Assembly: GCF_036625485.1 (NCBI RefSeq)
Contig: NZ_JAZKTR010000001.1
Span: 1 to 61,820 of the forward strand
Length of the DNA: 61,820 nucleotides
Reading direction: 5' to 3'
DNA from: Natronomonas sp.
GTDB lineage: Archaea > Halobacteriota > Halobacteria > Halobacteriales > Haloarculaceae
Program-made: the position numbers and the translations under genes
Shown here: positions 28,827 through 38,022 of the stretch, piece by piece
Layout of the letters: each line of letters opens with the position of its first letter
Numbering within the stretch: position 1 is the first letter of the stretch
Notes under the pieces: model-generated
The model's input: the letters and a program-made list of their open reading frames with translations, nothing else
Told to the model about the DNA's origin: nothing
The model's database searches: none

Positions 28827-29945
28827 ATGAATCCAACAGAACTCCGGGCGGACGTGCCCGCACTTCAGGAGGCTGTCTACCTGAACTTCGGTGCCCACGG
28901 GCCGAGCCCCCGATACGTCGTCGAGGCCGCGAACGAATTCCAGCAGTCACACGAGTACCACGCCCCCGTGCGGGACGACCCCTACGGGGCAGCCTTCGAA
29001 GCGTTCGACCGCACCCGCGAGCGCGTCGCCTCGTTCATCGGCGCCGCGCCGGACGAGGTCGCGCTCACCGAGAGCACGACGGCCGGCATCAACGCGGTCG
29101 CCAACGCCATCGACTGGGAACCGGGCGACGTCGTCGTTCGGACCGACCTCGAACATCCGGCCGGCATCCTCCCGTGGCAGCGGCTCCGGGCGGACGGCGT
29201 CGAGGTTCGCGTGGTCGAAACCGAAGACGGCCGCCTCGACCCGGCGGACTTCGCCGAGGCCGTCGAGGGCGCGAAACTGGCCGTTTTCAGTGCGGTGACG
29301 TGGACCCACGGCACGCGGCTGCCCGTCGCCGAACTGGTCGATATCGCTCACGACGCCGGCGCCCGTACGCTCGTCGACGCCGTGCAGGTCCCCGGCCAGA
29401 TGCCGATGGACGTCACCGAGTGGAACGCGGACGTCGTCGCCGCGGCCGGCCACAAGTGGCTGCTCGGGCTCTGGGGCGGCGGGTTCCTCTACGTCGACCG
29501 CGAGGTGGCCGAATCGCTCGCGCCGCGAACCGTGGGCTACCGGAGCGTCGAGACGCCGACCGCCGACCCCTACGAGTTCGCCGCGGGCGCGCGCCGCTTC
29601 GAGGTCGGGTCGGCCAACCCCGCGCCTCACGTCGCGCTTCGGGAAGCCATCGAGGTGATCGACGAGGTCGGCGTCGAGCGGATACAGCAGCGCATCCAGC
29701 GGCTGGCGGCCCGGTTCGTCGATTCGGTCCCGAGCGACGCCCTTCGGAGCCCCGAAACGCCCGAATCGGGACTGGTGACCGTCGACGTCGAGGACTCGGC
29801 CGCGACCGTCGAGCGACTCTCCAACGACGGCATCGTCATCCGGGCGCTCCCGGCGTCGAACGCGGTTCGAGCGTCGATCCACGCCGTCAACACGGCCTCG
29901 GAGGTCGACCGCCTCGTCGAGGCGCTCGCTCCCGAGTGGGAGTGA
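28827..29945 (+). CDS. Class V PLP enzyme, C-DES-like cystine/cysteine C-S lyase
   Basis: YLNFGAHG, EH, VDAVQ, GHKW (PLP Lys), RFEVG; contains no Cys. Confidence 0.78.
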   Translation: MNPTELRADVPALQEAVYLNFGAHGPSPRYVVEAANEFQQSHEYHAPVRDDPYGAAFEAFDRTRERVASFIGAAPDEVALTESTTAGINAVANAIDWEPGDVVVRTDLEHPAGILPWQRLRADGVEVRVVETEDGRLDPADFAEAVEGAKLAVFSAVTWTHGTRLPVAELVDIAHDAGARTLVDAVQVPGQMPMDVTEWNADVVAAAGHKWLLGLWGGGFLYVDREVAESLAPRTVGYRSVETPTADPYEFAAGARRFEVGSANPAPHVALREAIEVIDEVGVERIQQRIQRLAARFVDSVPSDALRSPETPESGLVTVDVEDSAATVERLSNDGIVIRALPASNAVRASIHAVNTASEVDRLVEALAPEWE

Positions 29946-30240
29946 ACGCGGGCGCTTTCTCCAGCGAGAATCGACGAGGAGGGTTCGGCTCTTCTGTTCT
30001 GCTGAATCTCTCCGAATGTGGCAGGGCTGGCGTGCTGGGTACAGGGAGCGGGTTCAGTAGATCAGTAACAATAGCATACCCTACGCCTGCTTCACCGTGT
30101 TATCGTATTCTCGTTCGCGTGTCTCGACGATAGTTCGAGCCTATACCGTGTATCACGCTCATAACAAAATACTGTAGTGACCAGTTCTTAGCCGGTACAG
30201 TGTCCTTCTCCGGCGAGGGACGTGTACCGGAGAGATACTG

Positions 30241-30753
30241 ATGGCAATCACAGAGCAAACTCCGAAGCAATTGAAAGAGTACGAAGAGCGCTTCATCGAC
30301 GAAGCGTGGAACAGCGGCAACTACGACATCATCGAGGAATCCGTCAGCGAGGACTACGTCGGCCACTGGTTCGACATAGAAGAGGGCGACGTTGACCGGG
30401 ACGGCCTCGAGGCATTCATCCGGTCGGCCAGGGAAGGGTTCTCGGATTTCCACATGGACGTCGAGTTCATGGTGGCCGAGGATGACATGGTCACCGTCGG
30501 CTTCACTGTCGAAGGAACGCACGACGGCGAGTTCATGGGAATCCCTCCGACCGACGAGTTCGGGAGTTCCCCTGGTATCCTCGTCCACAAGATCGGCGAG
30601 GACGGCATGGTCGTCGAAGGTTGGGCTGTCTGGGACGCCCTCGGACAGATGCAACAGCTCGGCGTCGTGCCTGAATCGTTCACGCTTGCCTCCTTCCTCG
30701 AGACGGGAGCGAACTTGGCCAAGCAGGACGTGTTGAAACGCACGAAGAGATAG
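30241..30753 (+). CDS. SnoaL-like ester cyclase family protein
   Basis: GFSDF, MVAEDDMV, GTHDGEFMGIPPT, MQQLG. Confidence 0.85.
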   Translation: MAITEQTPKQLKEYEERFIDEAWNSGNYDIIEESVSEDYVGHWFDIEEGDVDRDGLEAFIRSAREGFSDFHMDVEFMVAEDDMVTVGFTVEGTHDGEFMGIPPTDEFGSSPGILVHKIGEDGMVVEGWAVWDALGQMQQLGVVPESFTLASFLETGANLAKQDVLKRTKR

Positions 30754-30992
30754 TAAACGCGGCACGAAGGAGTAGCCCCACTCCGAACGGGCTACCTTCT
30801 CGTGGTGTCGACATCGTTTTCAGCCTATTCGATTGTACGAGGGCGCCCCCTATCCAGCACGACTGGTGAAACGTATCGGGTCACGCCGACAGCACCTGTT
30901 GCTGGCCGGGGTCGGTTTCCGTCGAAAAACCGTCGTCGGCGCGATGAATGGGACAGAGGGGAGAACAGTCGGGATACTGCGAGCCGGGAGCG

Positions 30993-31565
30993 TTAGACGA
31001 GGAGCTGGATGTCGGCATCGGCCATGTCTTCGAGGGCCGTCGCCGCGCCGACGCCGGTGGTGACGCCGTCGTAGAAATTGTCCTCGTCGTAGTCCATCAG
31101 TTCGATGGTCATCTGACAGGCCTGGAACTCCACGCCCATGTCGAGGGAGGTCTCGATGAGCTCTTGGATGGAGGCCGTGTCGTTGTCCTCGATCCTCTTC
31201 TCCATCATCTTCGTCGTCATGCGGTCCATACCGGGGAGCGCGCCGACGATGTTCGGGACGGGCATGCTCGGGTTGCCGACCGAACTCAGCTGGAGGTTCT
31301 TGGACTTCTCCTCGTGGAGGATGTCCAGTCCCCAGAACGTGTGGAAGACCGTGACGTCGTACCCGAACGCGGCGGCCGTACTAGCGAGGATGAGCGGGGG
31401 ATACGCCATGTCGAGCGTCCCCTTCGTCGCGATGATGCTCATCTTCTTTTGGTCGTCGCCCTCGGTGGCCTCGGCCAGCGATTCCTCGAGTTCGTCGATG
31501 CGCGCAGCCAGCTCCGCACGCGAGGGCATGTCGTCGGCCGACGCGTCTGGTGTGTCCGTACTCAT
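30993..31565 (-). CDS. DsrE/DsrF/DrsH-like sulfurtransferase (DsrE2-type)
   Basis: KGTLDMAYPPLILA, FHTFWGL, FQACQMT. Confidence 0.88.
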   Translation of the reverse strand: MSTDTPDASADDMPSRAELAARIDELEESLAEATEGDDQKKMSIIATKGTLDMAYPPLILASTAAAFGYDVTVFHTFWGLDILHEEKSKNLQLSSVGNPSMPVPNIVGALPGMDRMTTKMMEKRIEDNDTASIQELIETSLDMGVEFQACQMTIELMDYDEDNFYDGVTTGVGAATALEDMADADIQLLV

Positions 31566-31567
31566 GT

Positions 31568-31813
31568 TCACTCCGTCTTGCGGACGTAGTGTTTGTACAC
31601 GTCGTCGCCTTCCTCCTGACCGATCAGCTCGACGCCGTCCGTCCCGGACGCCCAGCCGTCGATGTCGCTCATGCTACCGGAGTCCGTTGCCAGTACCTCC
31701 AGCACCTCGCCTTCGGCGAGGTCGTCGATTGCACCCTTTGTCTTGACGACCGGCATGGGGCACGATTCACCTTTCACGTCTAGCGTCTCCGCGATATCGT
31801 ATTCAGCGCTCAT
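31568..31813 (-). CDS. TusA-family sulfur carrier (second paralog)
   Basis: LDVKGESCPMP, LEVLATD; start reassigned to 31813. Confidence 0.9.
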   Translation of the reverse strand: MSAEYDIAETLDVKGESCPMPVVKTKGAIDDLAEGEVLEVLATDSGSMSDIDGWASGTDGVELIGQEEGDDVYKHYVRKTE

Positions 31814-31836
31814 GGTTTGTCTGCTCCGTTGGTCTG

Positions 31837-31857
31837 TATTGGAGCTATCGCACAATA
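31837..31857. promoter_or_regulatory. TATTG-N11-CAATA operator (site 4)
   Basis: TATTGGAGCTATCGCACAATA between the minus-strand TATA (~31869-31875) and the tusA start. Confidence 0.7.
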
Positions 31858-32063
31858 TCAGCCCCTTGTTTAAAAGAATGTTGGTTCTTGTACGTACCAC
31901 AAACAACTATCCCTCCGGTTCTCGCGATTCAACGTCCCAGAGAGACCTTAACGCACGCACGACAAACACTAATTGTCCTTCAGACCTGAAGCTATATTGT
32001 GCGATTTATGGATTACTATGCAAACTCTTTAGTAGGTCCGTCCAGTACGAACGAGTGCACGAC

Positions 32064-33257
32064 ATGAACGCCGAAGATTTCCCGACTCCCGACGTCGAAG
32101 TCGAGTCGATCGAACCGGAAGCGCTGAAGGACCGCATCGACGCCGGCGAGGACGTGACTCTCCTCGACGCGCGTATGGAATCCGATTACGAGGAGTGGCG
32201 CATCGACGGTGAGAACGTCACCTCGATCAACATCCCGTACTTCGAGTTCCTGGAGGACGACCTCGACGAGGACGTTCTCGAACAGATCCCCGAGGACCGC
32301 GAAGTGACCGTCCTCTGTGCGAAAGGCGGCGCTAGCGAGTACGTCGCGGGCACGCTCGCGGAACGCGGCTACGACGTGAACCACCTCGAGGACGGCATGA
32401 ACGGCTGGGCCAGCATCTACGAGGCCGTCGAGGTCACCGACTACGACGGCGCCGGCACGCTGCTGCAGTACCAGCGTCCCTCCTCGGGCTGTCTCGGATA
32501 CCTGGTCTACGACGACGGCGAAGCCGCCATCGTCGACCCGCTCCGGGCCTTCACCGACCGCTACCTCGAGGACGCCGAGGAACTCGGCGTCGAACTGAAG
32601 TACGCAATCGACACCCACATCCACGCCGACCACATCTCCGGCGTGCGCAACCTCGACGAGGAAGGCGTCGAAGGCGTCATCCCCGAGGCCGCAGTCGACC
32701 GCGGCGTCACCTACGCCGACGAGCTGACCACGGCCGAGGACGGCGACACCTTCGAAGTCGGCGACGCCACCATCGAGACCGTCTACACGCCCGGCCACAC
32801 CACGGGCATGACCTCCTACCTCATCGACGACAGCCTGCTGGCGACCGGTGACGGGCTGTTCATCGAGAGCGTCGCCCGCCCCGACCTCGAAGAGGGCGAC
32901 GAGGGCGCACCCGACGCGGCCCGGATGCTCTACGAGTCCCTGCAGGAACGCGTCCTGACGCTGCCCGACGACACCCTCATCGGTGGCGCCCACTTCAGCG
33001 ACGCCGCCGAACCCGCCGAGGACGGCACCTACACCGCACCCATCGGCGACCTCGTCGAGGAGATGGACGCCCTGACGATGGACGAAGACGACTTCGTCGA
33101 GCTCATCCTCTCGGACATGCCGCCCCGCCCGGCCAACTACGAGGACATCATCGCGACGAACCTCGGGCAGAACGCCGTCGACGACGACGAGGCGTTCACG
33201 CTCGAACTCGGACCGAACAACTGCGCCGCGAGCCAGGAATCCCTCGCGGGTGACTAA
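32064..33257 (+). CDS. Rhodanese-MBL fusion (persulfide dioxygenase-like)
   Basis: N-terminal rhodanese (LLDAR, VLCAKGGAS, HLEDGMNGW); MBL motifs THIHADH, PGHT, TGD, GAH; C-terminal GPNNC. Confidence 0.85.
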   Translation: MNAEDFPTPDVEVESIEPEALKDRIDAGEDVTLLDARMESDYEEWRIDGENVTSINIPYFEFLEDDLDEDVLEQIPEDREVTVLCAKGGASEYVAGTLAERGYDVNHLEDGMNGWASIYEAVEVTDYDGAGTLLQYQRPSSGCLGYLVYDDGEAAIVDPLRAFTDRYLEDAEELGVELKYAIDTHIHADHISGVRNLDEEGVEGVIPEAAVDRGVTYADELTTAEDGDTFEVGDATIETVYTPGHTTGMTSYLIDDSLLATGDGLFIESVARPDLEEGDEGAPDAARMLYESLQERVLTLPDDTLIGGAHFSDAAEPAEDGTYTAPIGDLVEEMDALTMDEDDFVELILSDMPPRPANYEDIIATNLGQNAVDDDEAFTLELGPNNCAASQESLAGD

Positions 33258-33265
33258 CACCGCCG

Positions 33266-33823
33266 ATGGTGACTGATCTACTCGTCTTCCAGCTGGCCGC
33301 CGAGCTGTTCCCCAACGGGATCAGTCGCTACGCCATCGGCGGCCTGCTGGTCGGTCTCGGCGCGGTCGTGATCTACGTCGGCACGGGCATCCCGGCCGGC
33401 GCGAGCACGTTCCTCGAGTCGACGCTGTCGTACGTCTCGGACCAGTCGCGGTTCCAGCGATACGTGGGCTCCCGCGACTGGCGCGTCGTGTTCACGCTCG
33501 GCATCATCCTCGGTGCCACGCTGTTCGCGGCGACGGTCCAGTCCGGCGTCATCACGACGTCGCTCTACGAGGCCGGAACGACCGGCCAGACCTACGAGGT
33601 CGCCGGCGTGACCCTCTGGCTGACCGACGTCCAGCCGTGGCGGCTGTTCTTCGGTGGCATCCTCGTCGGGATCGGTACCCGAATCGGGAAGGGCTGTACG
33701 TCCGGCCACGGCGTCTGCGGCGTCGGTTCGGCCTCGAAGACGTCCCTCGTCGGCGTGGCGACGTTCCTGCTGGTCGCTATCGGAACCGCACAACTGGTCG
33801 CAGCGCTGGGGGTGAGCCCGTAA
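33266..33823 (+). CDS. YeeE/YedE-family sulfur-compound transporter subunit
   Basis: Hydrophobic; GTRIGKGCTSGHGVCG motif. Confidence 0.9.
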   Translation: MVTDLLVFQLAAELFPNGISRYAIGGLLVGLGAVVIYVGTGIPAGASTFLESTLSYVSDQSRFQRYVGSRDWRVVFTLGIILGATLFAATVQSGVITTSLYEAGTTGQTYEVAGVTLWLTDVQPWRLFFGGILVGIGTRIGKGCTSGHGVCGVGSASKTSLVGVATFLLVAIGTAQLVAALGVSP

Positions 33824-34281
33824 TGGCGGACCGACATCCCCTGTTCAAGCCGCTGATCTTCGTCGGCGGCCTGATCTTCGGGTTCGGGCTCGGCTTCAGC
33901 CACATGGCGCGGCCCGAGGTCGTGCTGAACTTCCTGAAGTTCGAGGACTTCGGACTGCTGTTCGTCATGTTCGGCGCGGCCATCGTCTCCGGGATCGCCT
34001 TCGCGGTGATGCCCCGGATTCGAGACACTGCGCCGCTGACCGGCAGCAGGTACGAACGGCGCCTGAAGCCGTTCGACAAGAACGTGCTGATCGGTGGCGC
34101 GATCTTCGGTGTCGGCTGGGGCCTCTCGGGCATCTGTCCCGGCGCGGCCTACGCCAGCCTCGGCGTCGGCAACGTCACCATCCTCTGGGCGCTCGCCGGC
34201 ATGTTCGTCGGCGCGTACGCGCAGGGCTACTGGCGAAGCCGGACGGCTGACACCAGCCGCACCGCTACCCGCGCGGACTAA
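33823..34281 (+). CDS. YeeE/YedE-family transporter, second subunit
   Basis: TAATG overlap; FGFGLGFSHMARPEVVLNFL and IFGVGWGLSGICPG. Confidence 0.88.
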   Translation: MADRHPLFKPLIFVGGLIFGFGLGFSHMARPEVVLNFLKFEDFGLLFVMFGAAIVSGIAFAVMPRIRDTAPLTGSRYERRLKPFDKNVLIGGAIFGVGWGLSGICPGAAYASLGVGNVTILWALAGMFVGAYAQGYWRSRTADTSRTATRAD

Positions 34282-34319
34282 TCCGCCATCTTCACGTTCT
34301 ACTAACTGTCGCATTCTAG

Positions 34320-35507
34320 ATGATGGACTCGTCAGTAATCGCTCTACTTCTGGTCGCCGGTCTCGCGAGCCTCTTTATGGCGTGGGTCATCGGCGCCGGC
34401 TCCAGCGGCGCGACCCCCTTCGCGCCCGCGGTCGGTGCCAACGCCATCTCGACGATGCGGGCGGCCTTTGTCGTCGGCATCTTCGGGTTCGCCGGCGCGG
34501 TCGTACAGGGCGCCAACGTCTCCGAAGCCGTCGGCCGCGGCCTCATCGGCGGGGTCAGCCTCCCGGCTTCGGGCGTCATCATCGTCCTGCTGATCGGGGC
34601 CGGCCTCATGGCCTTCGGCATCAAGACCGGCTATCCCATCGCCACGGCCTTCACCGTGACCGGGTCGGTCATCGGCGTCGGCCTCGCCCTCGGCGGCACG
34701 CCCGTCTGGCCGAAGTACCTCCAGATCGGTGCCGTCTGGGTGTTGACGCCCTTCGTCGGTGGCGGCCTCGCCTACGGCATCGCGAGCGTCCTCCCGCGGG
34801 CCGACGTTCCCGAACGCTACAGCGTCGCCCTGCTCGCGGGGCTCGTGGGGGCGGTTCTGGCGAACGTCAACTTCGCCTATCTCGGCCCCGGGGACTCGAT
34901 GGGCTCGCTTGCAGGACTCGCCCAGCGGACGCTCGAGGTCGACGGACTGGCGGTACCGGTCGCCGTCTCGTTGCTCGTGGCGGCGTCGGTCGCCCTCTTC
35001 GTCTCGTGGGACATCTCACGGGATATGAGTGGTGGACTGCGGCGGGTCCTGCTGGCGCTCGGATCGCTGGTGGCCTTCTCCGCCGGCGGGAGTCAGGTCG
35101 GCCTCGCGGTCGGCCCGCTGCTCCCGCTCTTGGACGACGTGGAGATGGTCCCCGTGATGGCCGTCCTCGTCGGCGGTGGCCTCGGCATGCTCGTCGGGTC
35201 GTGGACGGGCGCCCCACGGATGATCAAATCCCTGTCGCAGGACTACTCGTCGCTGGGGCCGCGCCGCTCCATCGCCGCGCTGGTTCCGTCGTTCCTCATC
35301 GCCCAAGTGGCGGTCCTGCTGGGCGTGCCCGTCTCGTTCAACGAGATCGTCGTCAGCGCCATCATCGGCAGCGGGGCGGCCGTCGGCGGCGGCGACGCTA
35401 TCGACTCGAACAAGATCCTCAAGACCGTCGGCGCGTGGGCGGGGTCGCTCGCGCTGGCGTTGGTGCTCGGCTACGGCGTGACCGTCCTGCTGCCGGTCGT
35501 TTCCTAA
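34320..35507 (+). CDS. PiT-family anion permease with divergent signature
   Basis: About 10 TM segments; FAPAVGA, GANVSEAVG, GVPVS repeats of the PiT fold. Confidence 0.8.
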   Translation: MMDSSVIALLLVAGLASLFMAWVIGAGSSGATPFAPAVGANAISTMRAAFVVGIFGFAGAVVQGANVSEAVGRGLIGGVSLPASGVIIVLLIGAGLMAFGIKTGYPIATAFTVTGSVIGVGLALGGTPVWPKYLQIGAVWVLTPFVGGGLAYGIASVLPRADVPERYSVALLAGLVGAVLANVNFAYLGPGDSMGSLAGLAQRTLEVDGLAVPVAVSLLVAASVALFVSWDISRDMSGGLRRVLLALGSLVAFSAGGSQVGLAVGPLLPLLDDVEMVPVMAVLVGGGLGMLVGSWTGAPRMIKSLSQDYSSLGPRRSIAALVPSFLIAQVAVLLGVPVSFNEIVVSAIIGSGAAVGGGDAIDSNKILKTVGAWAGSLALALVLGYGVTVLLPVVS

Positions 35508-36349
35508 ACCGCCCGCGGCGGCGGAACGAGGAAGACGTTCCCCGCCGCTCCCGCAACGATTTCCTCAGAGACGCTTCCCAGCAGGAGCCGTCGGATGCGG
35601 CTTCGTCCCCGTGACCCGACGAGCACCGTCGATGGCGTTACCGCTTCCTCTACCGCGAGGATCTCGTCGGCGGGGTCGCCCTGCCGGACCTCGATTCGCG
35701 TCTCGATGTCCCAGTTCTCGAGCGTGCTCGCACGCTCGGCCAGCCGCTCGCGTGGGTCGACCTCGGCGTCGGCCTCCTCGTCTTTCGGCGAGCGGACGTG
35801 GACGAGCGTCGCTTCCTCGGTCGCATGGCGGAGATACGAGAAGGCGGCGAAGGCGCGTTCGGCGTTCTCCGAGAAGTCCGTCGCAAAGAGGATTCGCTGA
35901 AAGAGGTGTTCCCGGAGGACGTCGGGGTCGTCGGCCGCCCGTTCGACGCGGTTGACCAGAAGCGGGACGACGGTCGTTCGTGCGAGGTTGCGGGCGGTCG
36001 AGCCGATGATACGGTTCTCCAGCGGGCTTTTCCCCCGCGAGCCGACGACCGTCATGTCGACCTGTACGCTTTCGGCGATGCCGTTGATACGGCGATAGGG
36101 CCTCCCGCGAACGACGTGGGTCTCGACGTCGAACCCCGCGGCTCCTATCACCTTCCGATAGCGGTCCAACGCCCGCCGACGTCGCTCGTCGAAGTTCACG
36201 CCCGGCATCCCCGAGTGGACGTTCGACGGGACGACCGTCACGAGATGGATCGTATCGACGCCGATACGGCCCAGACACTCGAGGCAGGTCTCGTTCTCGA
36301 CGGCAGCCTCACTGGCGGCCGACAGGTCCGTCGCACACAGTACCCTCAT
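35504..36349 (-). CDS. Tandem-domain universal stress protein
   Basis: ATDLS/ATDFS, VGSRG...IGS and VGSRGRS...LLGSVS motifs. Confidence 0.9.
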   Translation of the reverse strand: MRVLCATDLSAASEAAVENETCLECLGRIGVDTIHLVTVVPSNVHSGMPGVNFDERRRRALDRYRKVIGAAGFDVETHVVRGRPYRRINGIAESVQVDMTVVGSRGKSPLENRIIGSTARNLARTTVVPLLVNRVERAADDPDVLREHLFQRILFATDFSENAERAFAAFSYLRHATEEATLVHVRSPKDEEADAEVDPRERLAERASTLENWDIETRIEVRQGDPADEILAVEEAVTPSTVLVGSRGRSRIRRLLLGSVSEEIVAGAAGNVFLVPPPRAV

Positions 36350-36502
36350 ACACGCCCGTTCATCGTCAACGAATAACACGGTTTTGATTGGCAGTTGTCA
36401 ATGTGCGGTACGATCGAGGGCTCGACTCCCGTGCGTACCGGTTTTCCGCCTGTATGTTTTCCATAAGTTATCGATAGTCCAAGGGAGGTTACGGAAATAT
36501 AG

Positions 36503-36523
36503 TATTGTGCGATACTTCCAAAA
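36503..36523. promoter_or_regulatory. TATTG-N11-CAAAA operator (site 5)
   Basis: TATTGTGCGATACTTCCAAAA immediately upstream of TTATAA (36527-36532). Confidence 0.7.
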
Positions 36524-36610
36524 CCGTTATAAGAATAGGTCTGATAGGAGGTATTGAACAGAAATGTACCAACGCCGAATTACCGCGTTCGGATATCAGA
36601 GTGAGAAGCA

Positions 36611-36775
36611 ATGGCAGGACTAGAAGTACCAACATGGGACCCGGAAACGGCCTTGATCATCGGCACGATTCTGCTGGAAGCGGTCGTGCTGTACGTCGGC
36701 TACGGTGTTCTCGAACGGATCTTCGGGGCCCGCCTGATGAAACTCCTAATGGGAGGTGAAGAGAATGCTCAATAG
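36611..36775 (+). CDS. 54-aa single-TM protein upstream of TauE
   Basis: MAGLEVPTWDPETALIIGTILLEAVVLYVGYGVLERIFGARLMKLLMGGEENAQ; overlaps TauE start; absent from ORF track. Confidence 0.7.
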   Translation: MAGLEVPTWDPETALIIGTILLEAVVLYVGYGVLERIFGARLMKLLMGGEENAQ

Positions 36776-37826
36776 CGTACTCAGTGGACTCGGAATCCTG
36801 AACTCGAGCCCCGAGATGCTGGCCCTGTTCGTCGGGTTCGGCCTCGTCGTGGGTATCCTGTTCGGGTTCTTCGGTATGGGCGGATCGTTCCTCGTTACGC
36901 CGGCCCTGCTGATGCTCGACTACGAGCCATCGGTCGCCGTCGGTAGCGGGATGGCGTTCGTCTTCGGGACGGCCGTCATCGCGACCCTGAAACACCGCGA
37001 CCTCGGACAGGTCGACTACAAACTCGGCATCATCATGATCACCGGGACGACCATCGGTATCGAGGTCGGACGCGCCAGCGTCTACTACCTCCAGTCGCTG
37101 GGACTCGCCGGTGGCGTCATCAGTGTCGTGTACGTCGTCCTGCTCGGTGGCGTCGGGGCGATGGTCACCCGCGACGCCCTCAAGGGCGAAGGCGGCGGCG
37201 TCGACCACGAGGCCGCCGACCCCGACAAGGACCTCAGCGAGTACGAGATCCCCGACATCGCCAAGACGATCCAGCAGACGGTTCGCATCCCGCCGATGGT
37301 GACGCTCCGTGGTGACGTCCGCGTTTCGGCGTGGGTCATCACGGCCGTCGCCTTCGCGACCGGCGTTCTGTCGGGCTTCCTCGGCGTCGGTGGCGGCTTC
37401 ATCCGGATGCCCGCGATGATGTACGCCATCGGCGTCCCGGTGCCCGTTGCCGTCGGGACGGACCTCTTCGAGATCGTCTTCTCCGGCGGTCTCGGGAGCT
37501 ACCTCTACGGACAGGGCGGCGGCGTCAACCTCGGTATCGTCGTCCCGCTGCTGTTCGGTAGCGCGCTCGGTGCCCGTATCGGTTCCGCCGCGACCGCCGT
37601 CGTTGAATCCGACGGTATCAAGATCTACTTCGGCGGCATGCTGCTGGTCGGCTCCATCGCGGTCGGCGTCGGCGAGGTCGGCTCCTATATCGGCAGCCCG
37701 ATCCTCGAGACTGTCGGGCTGGGACTCGTCCTCGGCGCGGCTGTCCTCGTCGCCGCGGCGATCATCTATACGACGATCGCCGCGCTGCGCACGACGCGCA
37801 AACAGCAAGCAACCGTCGCGGACTGA
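36765..37826 (+). CDS. TauE/SafE-family sulfite exporter
   Basis: GFFGMGGSFLVTP and GFLGVGGGFIRMP repeats, AVGTDL; SD GGAGGTGA upstream. Confidence 0.9.
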   Translation: MLNSVLSGLGILNSSPEMLALFVGFGLVVGILFGFFGMGGSFLVTPALLMLDYEPSVAVGSGMAFVFGTAVIATLKHRDLGQVDYKLGIIMITGTTIGIEVGRASVYYLQSLGLAGGVISVVYVVLLGGVGAMVTRDALKGEGGGVDHEAADPDKDLSEYEIPDIAKTIQQTVRIPPMVTLRGDVRVSAWVITAVAFATGVLSGFLGVGGGFIRMPAMMYAIGVPVPVAVGTDLFEIVFSGGLGSYLYGQGGGVNLGIVVPLLFGSALGARIGSAATAVVESDGIKIYFGGMLLVGSIAVGVGEVGSYIGSPILETVGLGLVLGAAVLVAAAIIYTTIAALRTTRKQQATVAD

Positions 37827-37962
37827 TCTTTTTCGCACGCCGGAACGCCCTCGCTTGCGTTCGGACGTGCGTTTATATCGGCTGGACACCGCGTAGTCTC
37901 CCGAGCAGACGGCACGGCGCTCGCGTTTCGTCGCCGTATGACGCTCCATCGGTTTGCCACGC

Positions 37963-37983
37963 GATTGTGCAATCCGTGCAAAA
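37963..37983. promoter_or_regulatory. ATTG-N11-CAAAA operator (site 6, upstream of the regulator)
   Basis: GATTGTGCAATCCGTGCAAAA followed by CTTTTAA. Confidence 0.6.
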
Positions 37984-38022
37984 GTCTTTTAACGGCGCAG
38001 TACCTACGAGAAATCGATAATA

